64,000 nt of DNA from Stegostoma tigrinum (Eukaryota): the NCBI RefSeq assembly GCF_030684315.1, contig NC_081360.1, forward strand, positions 48,183,424 to 48,247,423, read 5' to 3'. Made by a program: the position numbers and the translations under genes. Positions within the stretch are counted from its first letter, which is position 1, and every line of letters starts with the position of its first letter. Shown here piece by piece: positions 1 to 12,199 of the stretch. The notes below the pieces were generated by a model that was given only the letters and a program-made list of their open reading frames with translations, ran no database searches and was not told the origin of the DNA.

Positions 1-54
1 TCCTTGATTGGCCCATATTAACAGCTCCAAGCAGGGATCTCAAATAGACCCACC

Positions 55-910
55 TGGCCAACCTCATTCCAATCACTACAGAGATATAGACCAACTAAGC
101 GAGTGGGCAAAACCTTGTACGCAATATAATCTGGGAAAATGTGAGATTGTTCACTTTGGGAGGAAAAACAGAAGAGCTGAACATTATTTAAACGGAGAAA
201 GACCATAGAAAGCTACAAACAGAGTGACTTGAAAATCCTCATCTGTGAATCAGAAAATGTAGTATCCAAGATCAGCAGGTATTTGGAAAGGCAAATGGAA
301 TGTTGGTCATTATTTCAAAGGGGATGGAGTATAAAAGTAGGGAGGTTCTGCTAAAACTATACAAGACAGTAGTCAGACCACAGCTGGAATAACATGAACA
401 GTTTTGAGTCCCTTATCCAAGGAAAGATGTACTGGCATGAGATGATGGGTAGAGAAGTTTCACTCAGCCTATATCAGGGTATGGAGAGACTGGATTCTGA
501 GGAAAGGCTGAGCTTGTGGTTGTGTAAGGAGTAAGGAGTCACCTATTTAAAACCGAGTTGAGGAGGAATTTCTTCTGTCGAGATTCGTGAAATTGTGGAA
601 TTCTTTATAAAGCAGACAGCTTTTGAAGATAGGTAGTTAAGTATATTAGAGGCCGAGGGAGATTTTTAATCAGAAGGGAGTCAAAGCTTGTAGGAAAAAG
701 GCAAAAAAGTGGAATTGAGAGTTATTAGATCAGCCATGGTATCGTTGAATGGCAAAACAGACTTCTTGGCTTGAATGAAAGATAACAAGATGTAGAGCTG
801 GATGAACACAACAGGCCAAGCAGCATCAGAGGAGCAGGAAAGCTGACGTTTCGGGCCTAGACCCTTCTTCAGAAAATGAATGGCCTAGTTCTGCTTGTAC
901 GTTTTATGGA
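55..910 (+). mobile_element. Decayed CR1/HER1-like LINE 3' fragment (with a small PLE-derived insert at ~779-875)
   Basis: DIDQLSEWA..KCEIVHFGRKN (RT C-terminus), then LVRPQLE-like region and gatcagccatg...gaatggcc 3' end. Confidence 0.75.
779..875 (-). mobile_element. Short PLE-derived terminal fragment with hammerhead motif
   Basis: Reverse complement of 845-872 is CTGAAGAAGGGTCTAGGCCCGAAACGTC, followed by the family 3' sequence. Confidence 0.75.
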
Positions 911-1339
911 CCCTTGCAAGAGAAATCATGAAAGTGAAAAATAAAGAAGAATGTGTAGATAGGGTTGATGGATTAGGGAATAAGGAGTCTCATCTGAGGC
1001 ACAAATGCCAAACCAAATATTTCTGTGCTGAGAATTCCATGTATTTCTATGGTGAACTGAGTCAGTTTGAATGTAATAGAATTGAGAGGATCCAAATATA
1101 GCTATATGAAAGAACATATCTTCTTCCTATCACAATTATTAGAAACTGCTTAAACATGTCAAGAGTAAGCATGACTTTCAGTTTTATTAGTAACCCTCAA
1201 CTGCATGCTCAGCTCATGAAGCCATATACATTTGATTGCAGTGAACAAGTATGGGTGTTGTAGTTCAGTGACAGCTTTAGCCATATATCTGTAAAATTGC
1301 ACCAAGTTTAATTTTGAAAAGAGCTGCTTTTATAGATCC

Positions 1340-1528
1340 AGAGGTAGTGGGGATTGCCGATGCTGGAGAATCTGAGCAAAAATGGTGTAGAGTTAGATGA
1401 ACACAGCAGGCCAAGCAGCATCAGAGGAGCAGGAAAGCTGATGTTTTGGGTCCAGATCCAAACCGTCAGCTTTCCTGCTCCTCTGATGCTGCTTGGCCTG
1501 CTGTGTTCATCAAGCTCTACACCTTGTC
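1340..1528. mobile_element. Fold-back (hairpin) PLE-derived non-autonomous element
   Basis: gatgaacacagcaggccaagcagcatcagaggagcaggaaagctga followed by its reverse complement; junction inside the hammerhead region. Confidence 0.8.
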
Positions 1529-1683
1529 AGCTCTGTTTTTCTCGATCATTGCAATTCACTGTAACCATGAAGACATGCTAAAAGTATTAATTGAATTATT
1601 CTTAATGCACACTGTTTTAAACACAACTGCTTGTTATTTAAAGCAAGAAATCTGACCATTGTGTTCCGTGTTGGGTGTTATAG

Positions 1684-1908
1684 GTTCAATTGCAAAACAT
1701 TTTGATGAGCAAGTATGTGGAATATTTCTTTGTGGATGTCTGCAGTTGGCAAAAGAAACTAATGATTACTGATTTGATCATCTCTATGTGGATGGAAGTG
1801 CAACGAACATGGGCTTATTTGTACAGTATTTTTACTGGTTCTGAAGATATCAGGAATCAACTTTCTGAAGATGCTAAACAATTTGATGAGATTGACTTGA
1901 ACTTCAAG
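1684..1908 (+). CDS. DNAH11: Dynein heavy chain exon (DHC_N2/linker): [15 protein letters not shown]...DEIDLNFK
   Basis: ttatag|GTT acceptor, AAG|gtac donor, 225 nt, phase 0/0; [17 protein letters not shown] motif. Confidence 0.93.
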
Positions 1909-2793
1909 GTACTATGAAATCTGGACTACTGATAAACTAACTTTGTTTTAATTGCTATCTGTATGGTAATGTTTTATTGTGTTGAAATTGATGAGCCAGC
2001 TCATGTGGGAACACTGGTGGATGGATCTGTAAGTTAGGGTGCCATGAAACTGGTGGCATATTTTCCCTGCACACAGATGGCAGGTGAAGTATGGGTGGTC
2101 ACCTGCCCTTTGTCCAGTTGAGACCAAATATTAACTAATGCCCAATTCAAGATCTGCTCTTAATATATGGTGGGAAAGGCCTGCTCCCAACATGTAGCCT
2201 GGTGGCTTTAAACCTGTGGATTGCTGGTTAGTGGACGGTTGGATCCCTTCTGTTTGTGCATCCTTCATCAACCCAAGGCCACCCCACGTTCACCCACTGT
2301 AGCTCCCTCCAACCCCCAGTTGTATCACTGAATGGTATTTCCTTGACCTACCTGCCACACCAGCAATGTGTGATATTGCCAATTGTCAGAGCTGCCAGCC
2401 TATAATTAACTCATAGCCCTATGTTATGGGACGTCCTTCTAGAAGTGAGCAGGAGCACTGAGTCATTAGAAGTAAAGGCCTTTCGCTTGACAAATTAAAG
2501 CAGGGTGAGCTAAGCAGAGGTGGGCTCACCTCCAGAATGTTTCCAGGGATATAGAGAGTTCATCTTCCTTGTAAAATGCAGCTCCATTTTCTGTTTCTCA
2601 TAAAGATGATCAAAATAATCATTCCATTTTCTGTTTAAAAAAAAATGAATATTTTTATGTTACCAAAATGAATTGAATAGTGTGTGCACTTACAGAGATG
2701 ACCTTTGAAATGCAACCATAGAAAGTAATTAATCAACTCTTAAATAGTAAAGGAGTAGAATATATTAATTTGTGCATTGCGTTTCTGTTGTAG

Positions 2794-2885
2794 GACTTAA
2801 TGGCGATGGTTGTCAAAACAAAGAAAGTAATTGAGACAACAAACAATCCAGGATTACTAGGAAAATTAGAAATCCTTCAACGAAG
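2794..2885 (+). CDS. DNAH11: Dynein heavy chain exon: DLMAMVVKTKKVIETTNNPGLLGKLEILQR(R)
   Basis: ttgtag|GAC, AG|gtaac, 92 nt, phase 0/2, bridges the flanking exons in frame. Confidence 0.85.
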
Positions 2886-3178
2886 GTAACAACTACATAA
2901 CATTTTATTGGATCTTTAGCCATCCAAATTAATTCAGTTTTGTGTCAGATTATTTAGTAATTGGATATTTAATAATTTCTAACTGACTTTCTGCAATGTT
3001 CCTCTCATTCACAATCTTGTTTCTGTCTATGGCATTGCTTCTTGTTGCTGTTTTGTTGTCATGTGCATGAATCATAAAAAGCTAGCATCTAGGTTTAGCG
3101 AGGAGACATGAAGGAATAGACTAGCCTTTATTTCAAAGGGAATGGAGAATAAAAATCGAAAACAAAAAGCATATAAGG

Positions 3179-4330
3179 GATAATAAAATGTGAGGCTGGA
3201 CGAACACAGCAGGCCAAGCAGCATCTCAGGAGCACAAAAGCTGACGTTTCGGGCCTAGACCCTTCATCAGAGAGGGGGATGGGGGGAGGGAACTGGAATA
3301 AATAGGGAGAGAGGGGGAGGCGGACCGAAGACATTTTTCCATCCCCTCCCCTGTCTGCTTTCCGGAGAGACCACTCTCTCCGTGACTCCCTTGTTCGCTC
3401 CACACTGCCCTCCAACCCTACCACACCCGGCACCTTCCCCTGCAACCGCAGGAAATGCTACACTTGTCCCCACACCTCCTCCCTCACCCCCATCCCAGGC
3501 CCCAAGATGACATTCCACATCAAGCAGAGGTTCACCTGCACATCTGCCAATGTGGTATACTGCATCCACTGTACCCGGTGCGGCTTCCTCTACATTGGGG
3601 AAACCAAGCGGAGGCTTGGGGACCGCTTTGCAGAACACCTCCGCTCAGTTCGCAAAAAACAACTGCACCTCCCAGTCACAAACCATTTCCACTCCCCCTC
3701 CCATTCTCTTGATGACATGTCCATCATGGGCCTCCTGCACTGCCACAATGATGCCACCCGAAGGTTGCAGGAACAGCAACTCATATTCCGCCTGGGAACC
3801 CTGCAGCCATATGGTATCAATGTGGACTTCACCAGTTTCAAAATCTCCCCTTCCCCTACTGCATCCCTCAACCAGCCCAGTTCGTCCCCTCTCCCCACTG
3901 CACCACACAACCAGCCCAGCTCTTCCCCCCCACCCACTGCATCCCAAAACCAGTCCAACCTGTCTCTGCCTCCCTAACCGGTTCTTCCTCTCACCCATCC
4001 CTTCCTCCCACCCCAAGCCGCACCCCCAGCTAACTACTAACCTCATCCCACCTCCTTGACCTGTCCGTCTTCCCTGGACTGACCTATCCCCTCCCTACCT
4101 CCCCACCTACACTCTCTCCACCTATCTTCTTTACTCTCCATCTTCGGTCCGCCTCCCCCTCTCTCCCTATTTATTCCATTTCCCTCCCCCCATCCCCCTC
4201 TCTGATGAAGGGTCTAGGCCCGAAACGTCAGCTTTTGTGCTCCTGAGATGCTGCTTGGCCTGCTGTGTTCGTCCAGCCTCACATTTTATTATCTTGGAAT
4301 CTCCAGCATCTGCAGTTCCCATTATCTCTG
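3179..4330 (+). mobile_element. 5'-truncated Penelope-like element (Neptune-type) with GIY-YIG endonuclease and inverted 5' arm (3179-3330)
   Basis: ORF 3507-3977 has VVYCIHC...LYIGETKRRL..RF.EH...E..LI.RL.TL.P.GIN; Cys-rich linker CNRRKCYTC upstream; TSD AGCATATAAGGGATA at 3168-3182 and 4331-4345. Confidence 0.9.
4202..4229 (+). ncRNA. Minimal type-I hammerhead ribozyme motif in PLE terminus
   Basis: CTGATGA-A-GGGT CTAG GCCC-GAAAC-GTC: catalytic boxes, stem II, palindromic ACGT stem III, GUC triplet; mirror copy on - strand at 3243-3270. Confidence 0.8.
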
Positions 4331-5210
4331 AGCATATAAGGGATACTATTTAAACCACACCTAGAAATCTGCGATCAACTTTGGTCCTCTCCTTTTAAGG
4401 AATGATATACTGGCATCGAAGGCATTCCAGAGAATGTTCACTCAGTTGATTACATGTATGGGGCAACTGTTTCATGAGGAAAGGTTGAGTAGTTTAGGCC
4501 TATACTCATCGGTGTTTAGCAGATTGAGAAGCAGAATCAAGGGATGCGGGGAGAGTGCCAGGAAGTGGAGTTGATATGCCCATCAGCCATGACTTAAATG
4601 GCAGAGTGGACTTGATGGGCCGAATGGCCTTACTTCCACTCCTATGTCTTATGGTCTTATGTGATTTTATTAAAATAGAGAAGATGGTTAGTGAAATTAA
4701 CAGGGTAAGTGTGCAGATGTTATTTTTCTTTATGGGAGAGCCTAGGTCCAGATGGCATAATCTCAGAGTAACAGGTCACCTATTTAAGACAGATTTGGGG
4801 AATTTTTTTTTTTCTGATGGTTGACAGTCTGTGGAATTCCTTATTTCAAAATGCTGTTAAGGTTGCATTATTAAGTATGTTTTCCCAGCCACCATCAGTT
4901 CTGAGGAAGGGTCACTGGACCCGAAACGTTAACTGTTTTCTCCTTCACAGATGCTGTCAGACCTGCTGAGCTTCTCCAGCAACTTTGTTTTTGTTCCTGA
5001 TTTACAGCATCCATAGTTCTTTCAGTTTTTGTTAAGTATGTTCATGAATAAAAGAGGCAGATTTTTAATCATTCAGAGAATTGAGGGTCAAGGGAAAAGG
5101 CAGGAAAGTGGAATTGCATTATCAGTTCAGTCATGATCTCAATGAATGATGGAGAAAGCTTGGTGGGCTGAATGGCCTACTTTACTTGCTGTGTTGTATG
5201 GTCTTTTATG
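4331..5210 (+). mobile_element. Decayed CR1-like 3' fragments (continuing from ~3060), interrupted by PLE-derived inserts
   Basis: KPHLE..WS-like region and two 3' ends ending gaatggcctact...tatggtctt. Confidence 0.65.
4882..5031 (+). mobile_element. Short hammerhead-bearing PLE-derived element, second subfamily
   Basis: CAGTT-CTGAGGA-A-GGGTC ACTG GACCC-GAAAC-GTT-AACTG at 4896-4935; TSD TTAAGTATGTT at 4871-4881 and 5032-5042. Confidence 0.8.
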
Positions 5211-5434
5211 GCCTAGTTTGACCACTGGGCTCCTATAGATAATTTAAAATAAATCATTTTCTACCTGTCATTGTTTCTCGAAGTTGCAGAAAAACTTTCT
5301 GAAACCATTTTGGGAAATAGTTAATCAGTGCCTATAGTGGTTAAATTGTAATTATGGATAATGAATTCCAAAAGCATTTTCCATTATAAATTTGAAGACA
5401 GTAATTCATCATGGTGATGAATAGAGTGATGACA

Positions 5435-6095
5435 GAAAGTGCGTCTCCTTCCAGGTGAAGCAGTGATTTACTTGCCCCCCTTTCAATTTATTATACTGTA
5501 TTCCCTGTTCACATTGTGGTTTTCTCTAAATTGAGAAAATTGGGTTATTGATGTGCAGACCACCACAGCTCACTCCACACACACAACCCTGAGCATCTGG
5601 GTTGCTGATTTAATTCACCACCTGCTATTACATACACATGTCTATTTCCAGCCTGCTGCTGTGTTTCAGTAAAACTCAACGTAAGGGCAATGAACAACAC
5701 CTCATCTTCCACCTAGACATTTTTCTCACCTTCTGAGCTCAATCTTGAGTTCCACAGTTTTAGACCGTGAACTCTTGCATTCATTTGGTTTTTGTTTAGC
5801 CATGTGCCAGTATCTGGACAAGTGATTTGTCTCTTTAACTACAGTCATTTTCACTCCCTTCACCATTTCTTCAGTGACTTTGCAGTCACTTAATTTCTCC
5901 TGCCTCTACACTTTCCCAGAATTTCCTTCTTTTTTCCTCAGTATCTTACACTCTATCAGCTATAGATAACCCAACACATTTCTGCTGTCCATCTGTTTGG
6001 AAGAATGGGCATCTTAACTCAAAATATTAACTCTCTTTCTGTCTTCACAGATGCTGCTAAACATGCTGTTTTCCAGTAATTTCTGTTTCTATGAC
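5435..6095 (+). mobile_element. Old, decayed Penelope-like element 3' end
   Basis: Translates to FQVKQ*FTCPPFNLLYCIPCSHCGFL*IE (GIY-YIG remnant), later EQHLIFHL; ends in a degenerate cacagatgctgc family terminus. Confidence 0.65.
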
Positions 6096-6334
6096 AGAAA
6101 GTTAGAACTTTATGGAGCATGATCATAGAATTTTGAGGGCCAAATTTTTGAATTCTTTCTCCCAACTTACAGCACCTTGTCTTTTTGGAAATAAATAAAT
6201 GTTTTATCTTCATTTACTGTGTTTTAATATTTAACAAGTAGAATTTTATGCACCATGATAACTGGGTTTGCACATGGAGTGAGATGTGTTTAAAATTCTG
6301 GCGCTCTTCAAATGAGCAATCCATTTAAAGTCTT

Positions 6335-6670
6335 ACGGTAGTACAGCATGGATACAGACCGACCAAGCCAATTAGTCCATGCTGACCATGCTTCCAAACT
6401 AAACTAGCCGCACCTGCCTGCATTTCGCCCATATTCCTCCATACCTTTCCTGCTCATGTTGTAACTGTGCCTGCATCCATCACTTCCTCTGGGCACTTCT
6501 ATTGTCTGTGTAATAAGTTCTCTCATGTCCTTTTTAAATCTTTCTCCTCTCACCTTAAAAAATATTCCCCCTAGTTTTGAATTCCCCCACCTTAGGGGAA
6601 AGACCTTTGCTATTCACCTTATCCGTGCCCCTCATGATTTTATAAACCTCTATAAGGTCCCTCCCTCAGG
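6335..6670 (-). mobile_element. CR1/HER1-like LINE 3' fragment
   Basis: Reverse strand has gaggtttataaaatcatgagggg..gataaggtgaatagc 3' ORF2 region shared with other copies. Confidence 0.7.
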
Positions 6671-7379
6671 TTTTTCGGACATCTAACTTGTTTGGTAAGG
6701 TTGGTAAATTGGAAGCTGAAGGCTAATGAGGAGAGTTGTGCAGTTATTGAGGCATTTAAAAAGTGTTAATCTCCACCAATTGGCAAAAATCTCGTCATCC
6801 TGCTACAAAAAGTGTAAAAGATGGAAGAAGATGATCTCAACATTGAAATGCACTTGACTGGACTCCTTGTTCAATTCTGCAACACATCTCTCAGCCCACA
6901 CCATTTGTACTCTATAAGATTCCCATCCAGATTGCTTCCTCCCTAACTGTACTCACTAAATTATTATTCTTCATTCTGGTGCAATCTATCTCACACAGTA
7001 TTCTGTAAACCTTGGCATTCGTCTCTGATATTATCTCTTGGTTCTTACACTCCTGTCACATTAATTTAATGCTCCCCAAGTGCATCAGCAAAACACCCCA
7101 TGAGAAATTTACGGCATTCTTCTACATAGCATTGCAATCTTTATAGGATCCCTGTTCTCCAGGATTTAGCGCCAGTGCCCCATGAACTGGATTGCACTTC
7201 TCCAATACCAGTTTCTGAGACATTCAGTCATTTCTCTCATCTGATTTTCCCTCTGCCAATTTGCTTATGGCTCACACAATAATGCAGAAATTATGATTTT
7301 TGAGGTTCTGCTTCTTAAAAGAATTAGAGAGACTTGACAGATAAGACTAGAATTTACAAGAATTATAATGTAGGCGGAT

Positions 7380-7790
7380 CTAAAGACTCTGTACTTGAAT
7401 GCATGTTGCATTCGAAACAAAACAGGTGACCTAAAATCACAAATGGAAATAAGTAAATAAGATCGATCTGTTGGCCTGAATCTTGAAGGGTACAGGGCAT
7501 TTTAAAAAGGACAGGAAACTAGGAAAAGATGGAGGTGTGGCACTCTTAGTTAATGATGGTATAGGAATAACAATAGATAGGGATAACCTAATTCAGGGAA
7601 CCAAGAAGTGGAAACAGCTTGGGTAGAGACATGAAATGATAAAGGCAGGCAACCACTTCTGGAAGTGGAGTACAAACCCGCAAGCAGTCATCATATAATG
7701 CGGTGGTGTATAAAGGAAGAAATAATGAGATCGTGTTAGAAAGGAATGTTGATAATCATGGGAGATTTTAATATACATATTAATATAGCT
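7380..7790 (+). mobile_element. CR1-like APE endonuclease remnant
   Basis: LYLNA..IRNK, GGVAL and IMGDFN motifs in degenerate form. Confidence 0.6.
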
Positions 7791-8158
7791 GCAATACAAA
7801 ATCTGTGATTGTACACCATATGCAGACAGTTAAGAATGATGATGTGGTTGAGCGAGATTTTAGTCTTCAGTTTAATGTTTACCATGATTATTAGTTATGG
7901 TCAAGGAATTGGCTGTGGGCAGAACTTGAATCCACTAACTTAAAAATGGTATCAGGGACTAGATTATTTCAGAAATATTTTTTGTTTTTATTGTTAAGGT
8001 AATGAATTTGTTTAACGTGCATTTAGTAGTTTAATCTATTTTAAAGATGGTAAAACCAAATCTTACCTGTTACAATTGCATAGTGAAACAAATCCTAAAT
8101 GTATATCAAAGCAATTATTGTGACATAAAAAGTGTATGTTTTCAATCTTCTTTTACAG

Positions 8159-8285
8159 ACTGACACATTGTGAGAAAGCTTTAGCTGAATATCTTGAGAC
8201 TAAGCGACTCTCGTTTCCAAGATTTTACTTTGTTTCTGCAATGGATTTATTGGAAATTATTTCCAAAGGAGGTCAACCAAAACAG
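8159..8285 (+). CDS. DNAH11: Dynein heavy chain exon: [26 protein letters not shown]...GGQPKQ
   Basis: tttacag|A, CAG|gtaaa, 127 nt; conserved YLETKR..FPRFYF motif. Confidence 0.95.
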
Positions 8286-8399
8286 GTAAACATTCCACAC
8301 TGGCCCCTGGATATCTGGAGAATTAATGTGCATGCAAAATGAGCCACTGGCAACTAAAATCTGGTATACGTTAGTTAGCTAATAGACTTGGTGATTTTG

Positions 8400-9186
8400 C
8401 AACCCGACTGAATTTCTTCCCAATGTTTTGCTGGATTTCACAGAATCATAGAATTCTTGACTTTATGGATTTCATTGATTAATAGAGAGATTAATGAATT
8501 TACTGGATTGTGTTGTATGATACCGCATGAATTGGATGATTAATTCATTGAATGAAAAGTTATGTAATAATTCAATTATCTCAGTAATGAGAATTATATA
8601 ACAGTTATGGAATTTGACTAACTTAGTTTATTAAATGTCTGATTATGATGAATTTCATTCAATTTTTAATGCGTAATTTATCATGTTTTCTGGGTTAATC
8701 CAGCTAAGGAACTGATCATCTAATAAATGTATTGCATTTGATAGGTATAATTTAATTAAGTGAAAGCAATAAATGCTGGAAACAGTCAGCATGTCAGTCA
8801 GCAGCTCTGAAGAGAGTAGGTAACAGCATGATTTAGTTGCTAATCCTCTGATGAAGGACACTCACTTGAAACATTAAAATGTGCGTTCTCTCACAGATGC
8901 TAACTGACCTGCTGTATGTTTGTAACATCATCTGATTTTACTTTGAATTTTCACTGTCTTCAGTGTTTTCTTAAAATAAATTAATTTTCTGGATTCCAGT
9001 CATGGAAAATTTAATGAATTTGATGACTGCATTGATTTACCAAGAGATTATTTAATGGAATTCATTCAGATGCAGAAAATGCAATGAATCCTTTGGATTT
9101 GATTCACTCAGCCAGACATTATTTAAAGAATTCACTGGATTCCACTCATTAAAGCACAGATAATTTAATGAATTTTATTGAATTAG
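8400..9186. repeat. Degenerate AT-rich tandem repeat (~40-45 nt unit), interrupted by an old fold-back hammerhead element (~8760-8975)
   Basis: Recurrent ttaatgaatt(c/t)actggatt(c/t)ca units; ctgatgaagg...gaaacatt at 8848-8875. Confidence 0.5.
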
Positions 9187-10021
9187 AGTGAGGTATGACG
9201 AGATTATATAATGTCATACAGGCAATGACAGGGAATATGGATAATGCTCACAGGTGAATTTTTGAAAACGATGCTCGTCCAAATAGGAGCCCTAATTGAA
9301 TAATTGATGAGTTGGGGAGCGAGATGCTGGAGAGAGGGCAACAGTACATTGGAACTAAATGATCATAGCTGGAAGGAGAATATAATAACCCATAATGAAG
9401 CTAAATTGAGGATTTGGAGGCTTACTGAAATGGAACTCAAACTAAGACCAGAATGGTGTGATGCAGTGGTGGAAATCTGTTATAAATAAAATTACATTAA
9501 CTTGCAATGAAAAATGTTGGCAGATGTCTTCTGTTAAAAGACATGACAACAGGTTAAAAAGTTTGAGGAAGGAAATTGAAAGGAATGCACAATTTTATTT
9601 TCAGTAAATGGGTTGGAACCAAAATAAAGTTTCAGCACAGTATAAGAATATAATTTGCCAAAGCAGTATTTATATTTAGAACTGAATTCTCTATTGTGTT
9701 CTTAATGTCCTTAATACTTCAAGAACCTAGAACCACTTTCAATTCAGCCAGCCTTTAAGATATATATAAAATATTCACGTATAGAAATATGTATGTAGTA
9801 TGTCTTTAACAACTAGTTTATCGATGTAAACTCCTTTGAATTAAACGTGGTGCAACTTTTGAATTGACCAAAAAAAATTTTTGGGGTTTGCAATTTTACT
9901 TTGGATCAAGTTGGTCAGTTTCTCAGATGCTTCAAAGATGCCATCTATTATTTGATTATTAAAATGTAGACTGTTGGAACAGTAATTGACTGTGTTGTAT
10001 TTTTCTTCTTTTTATGGTCAA

Positions 10022-10348
10022 GGGTGGCACAGTGGCACAGTGGCTCAGTTGTTAGCACTGCAGCCTCACAGCGCCAGGGACCCAGGTTCAATTCCAGCCT
10101 CGGGTGACTGTCTGTGTGGAATTTGCACATTCTCCCTGTGTCCACGTGGGTCTCCTCAGGTCGCTCCGGTCTCCTCCCACAGTCCAAAGATGTGCAGGCA
10201 AGGTGGATCGGCCATGCTAAATCACCCGTAGTGTTCAGGGTTGTGTGGGTTATAGGGGGATGGGTCTGGGTGGGATGCTTCAAGTGGCGGTGTGGACTTG
10301 TTGGGTCGCAGGGCCTGTTTCCACACTGTAGGGAATCTAATCTAATCT
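10022..10348 (+). mobile_element. tRNA-derived V-SINE (HE1-like)
   Basis: A box TGGCTCAGTTG, B box GGTTCAATTCC, V-domain ctgtgtggaatttgcacattctccc, CR1-like tail ending (aatct)n. Confidence 0.88.
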
Positions 10349-12199
10349 ATATCTGGGCAATTTTCACAATGACTGTGATAGGTGCCCATGCTGTACCGTA
10401 GCATGCCAGTTCTGGAGCAAAAATCTTCAGTACTATTCCTGGAATGTTATCAGGGCCCATTGACTTTGCATTATCCATTGCATTCAAATTTTTTGTTGTT
10501 ACATGGAATTAATTTTGTAGCATCGATTGATTTTGCTTTGGATTAATTTTACTGGAGGCTCACATCTGTGCTGTTGGAGACCTCAGCAGGAGACTGAGAT
10601 AGATTTTCCATTTGGCATGTCTGGTTTAAAATACTTGCTAATGCTTCCGCTTTGGCTTTTGCATTGATTGGCATGTAAGTAGTCCTGCACTTTTAGCCAC
10701 CGAGCATTCAATGCCCCTCATCTAATTCACTGATACAAATTTTTTAAAACTGTGGGGCTAGCATAGACTTCTGTGGGACTCCACTTGTGACGTCCTGCCA
10801 ATCTGAAACAGATGCATTTATGCGCAGTCTGTTTTCTATCAACCAGACTAAGTTCTGTCCATTCTTCTATCTTGACCTCTATTCCATGAGCTCCTACTTT
10901 GTCCAATGATTTTTTATGTTGCTTAACTATTCGGTGAGACAACTCTCCCAATTTGATGACAAACCTCCAAACGTTCTCGTGGGGGAATTTGCAAGATCAA
11001 CAGTGTCATCATTTCCAGTGCCTTGGTCAATGCTGATTGGTCTGTCAGATTTCATTTATTTTATCAGACTTTGTAGTGCTTTGTCGATGAATGGTTTACG
11101 AGACCATTTTAGAGAGCACTTAAAAGTTAACCATGTTGATTAACACCACAGTGTTATGGAAGGCCTCTGAGAATGTAATCCATTTATGTGTAATGGGGAG
11201 ATTTCTTCTCATGTTCGGCTGGGAGTCTTAGTAGCATGTAATCAGTTAATAATTAATTAGTCTGCTTATCCCAAAAGTTAAAAAGAAATAATATAGGCAG
11301 AATCCATAAAGACTGAAAATGATGGAGAGACCCAGCATGTCTGGCAGCATCTCTAGAGAAAGAAACTGAATGAACATTTTTCAATCTACATGAGGTATAT
11401 GAGGAATGAACGAATTTTCCTTAAAATTTGGGATTGAATTTATACTAGATCATCCCTTTGCTCAAGTATAATTTTCAATATGAATCTTCCAAACATGTAT
11501 CCAGTTGGGATTTGCATTTCTTTCTTCTGGAAAATGAGTTAACCTTCAAGTGTCAAGCTTCCGAGATAAACATGTTCACAGTGCCAGGCGATGTGCTTTT
11601 CCCTGTCATGATCCCAACCCCATGCCATTTTGAAAGGTGTTACAGCAGAGTAAAATCACTTTCAAGCTGGCAGTGGGCTGGGAGATTAGCACAACATTTT
11701 TGAGTGAGATGAAAAATGAAAGTGTAACTGCTGATGGTGCTCAGCAGAGTGCTGGATAGAGTGTAATGAAGAGATCAGTGTGCTGCACTTGCTTGTGGCT
11801 ATGATGTTGTGGCAGTAACTGAGATAGATCTCAGAATAAATAATCAACAACCCTGATGCAAATTAATCAGAAAAGGCAGGGAAGAAACGACAGGGGAAAT
11901 ATCAGTATTTATGAAGGAAGACATTACTATGCTGGAGAGATCAATGTCCTTAGAGGGGATAAGAAACAACCGAGCTGACAATGAGTTCATGATGTGTTCA
12001 GAGGTCTACCACTAAAGTTCATGTTGGGAGGTGCTGGGTGCAACATTTCAAGTGAGAGACACCGCCACTGTTTACACTACAACTGATATTCATGCTACAG
12101 CTGTGACAGAAGGCCATCTAGAGGATTTATCACTTTTAGGATGATGGCCAGACAGCTGTAGCATATTTAAAAGAAACATTTTCTCTTGCTATCTGTATC

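Noticed and set aside
3865-3960. CRISPR-like or independent tandem repeat (~36-nt units)
   Set aside because: No unique spacers; it is an internal repeat present in every copy of the PLE 3' region, in a vertebrate intron.
3507-3977. Stand-alone or domesticated GIY-YIG nuclease gene
   Set aside because: It is the 3' end of a truncated PLE ORF bounded by a TSD, with near-identical copies at 54600-54930 and 55915-56120.
10022-10100. tRNA gene
   Set aside because: A/B boxes run straight into a V-domain and LINE-like tail; this is a SINE head with no complete cloverleaf.
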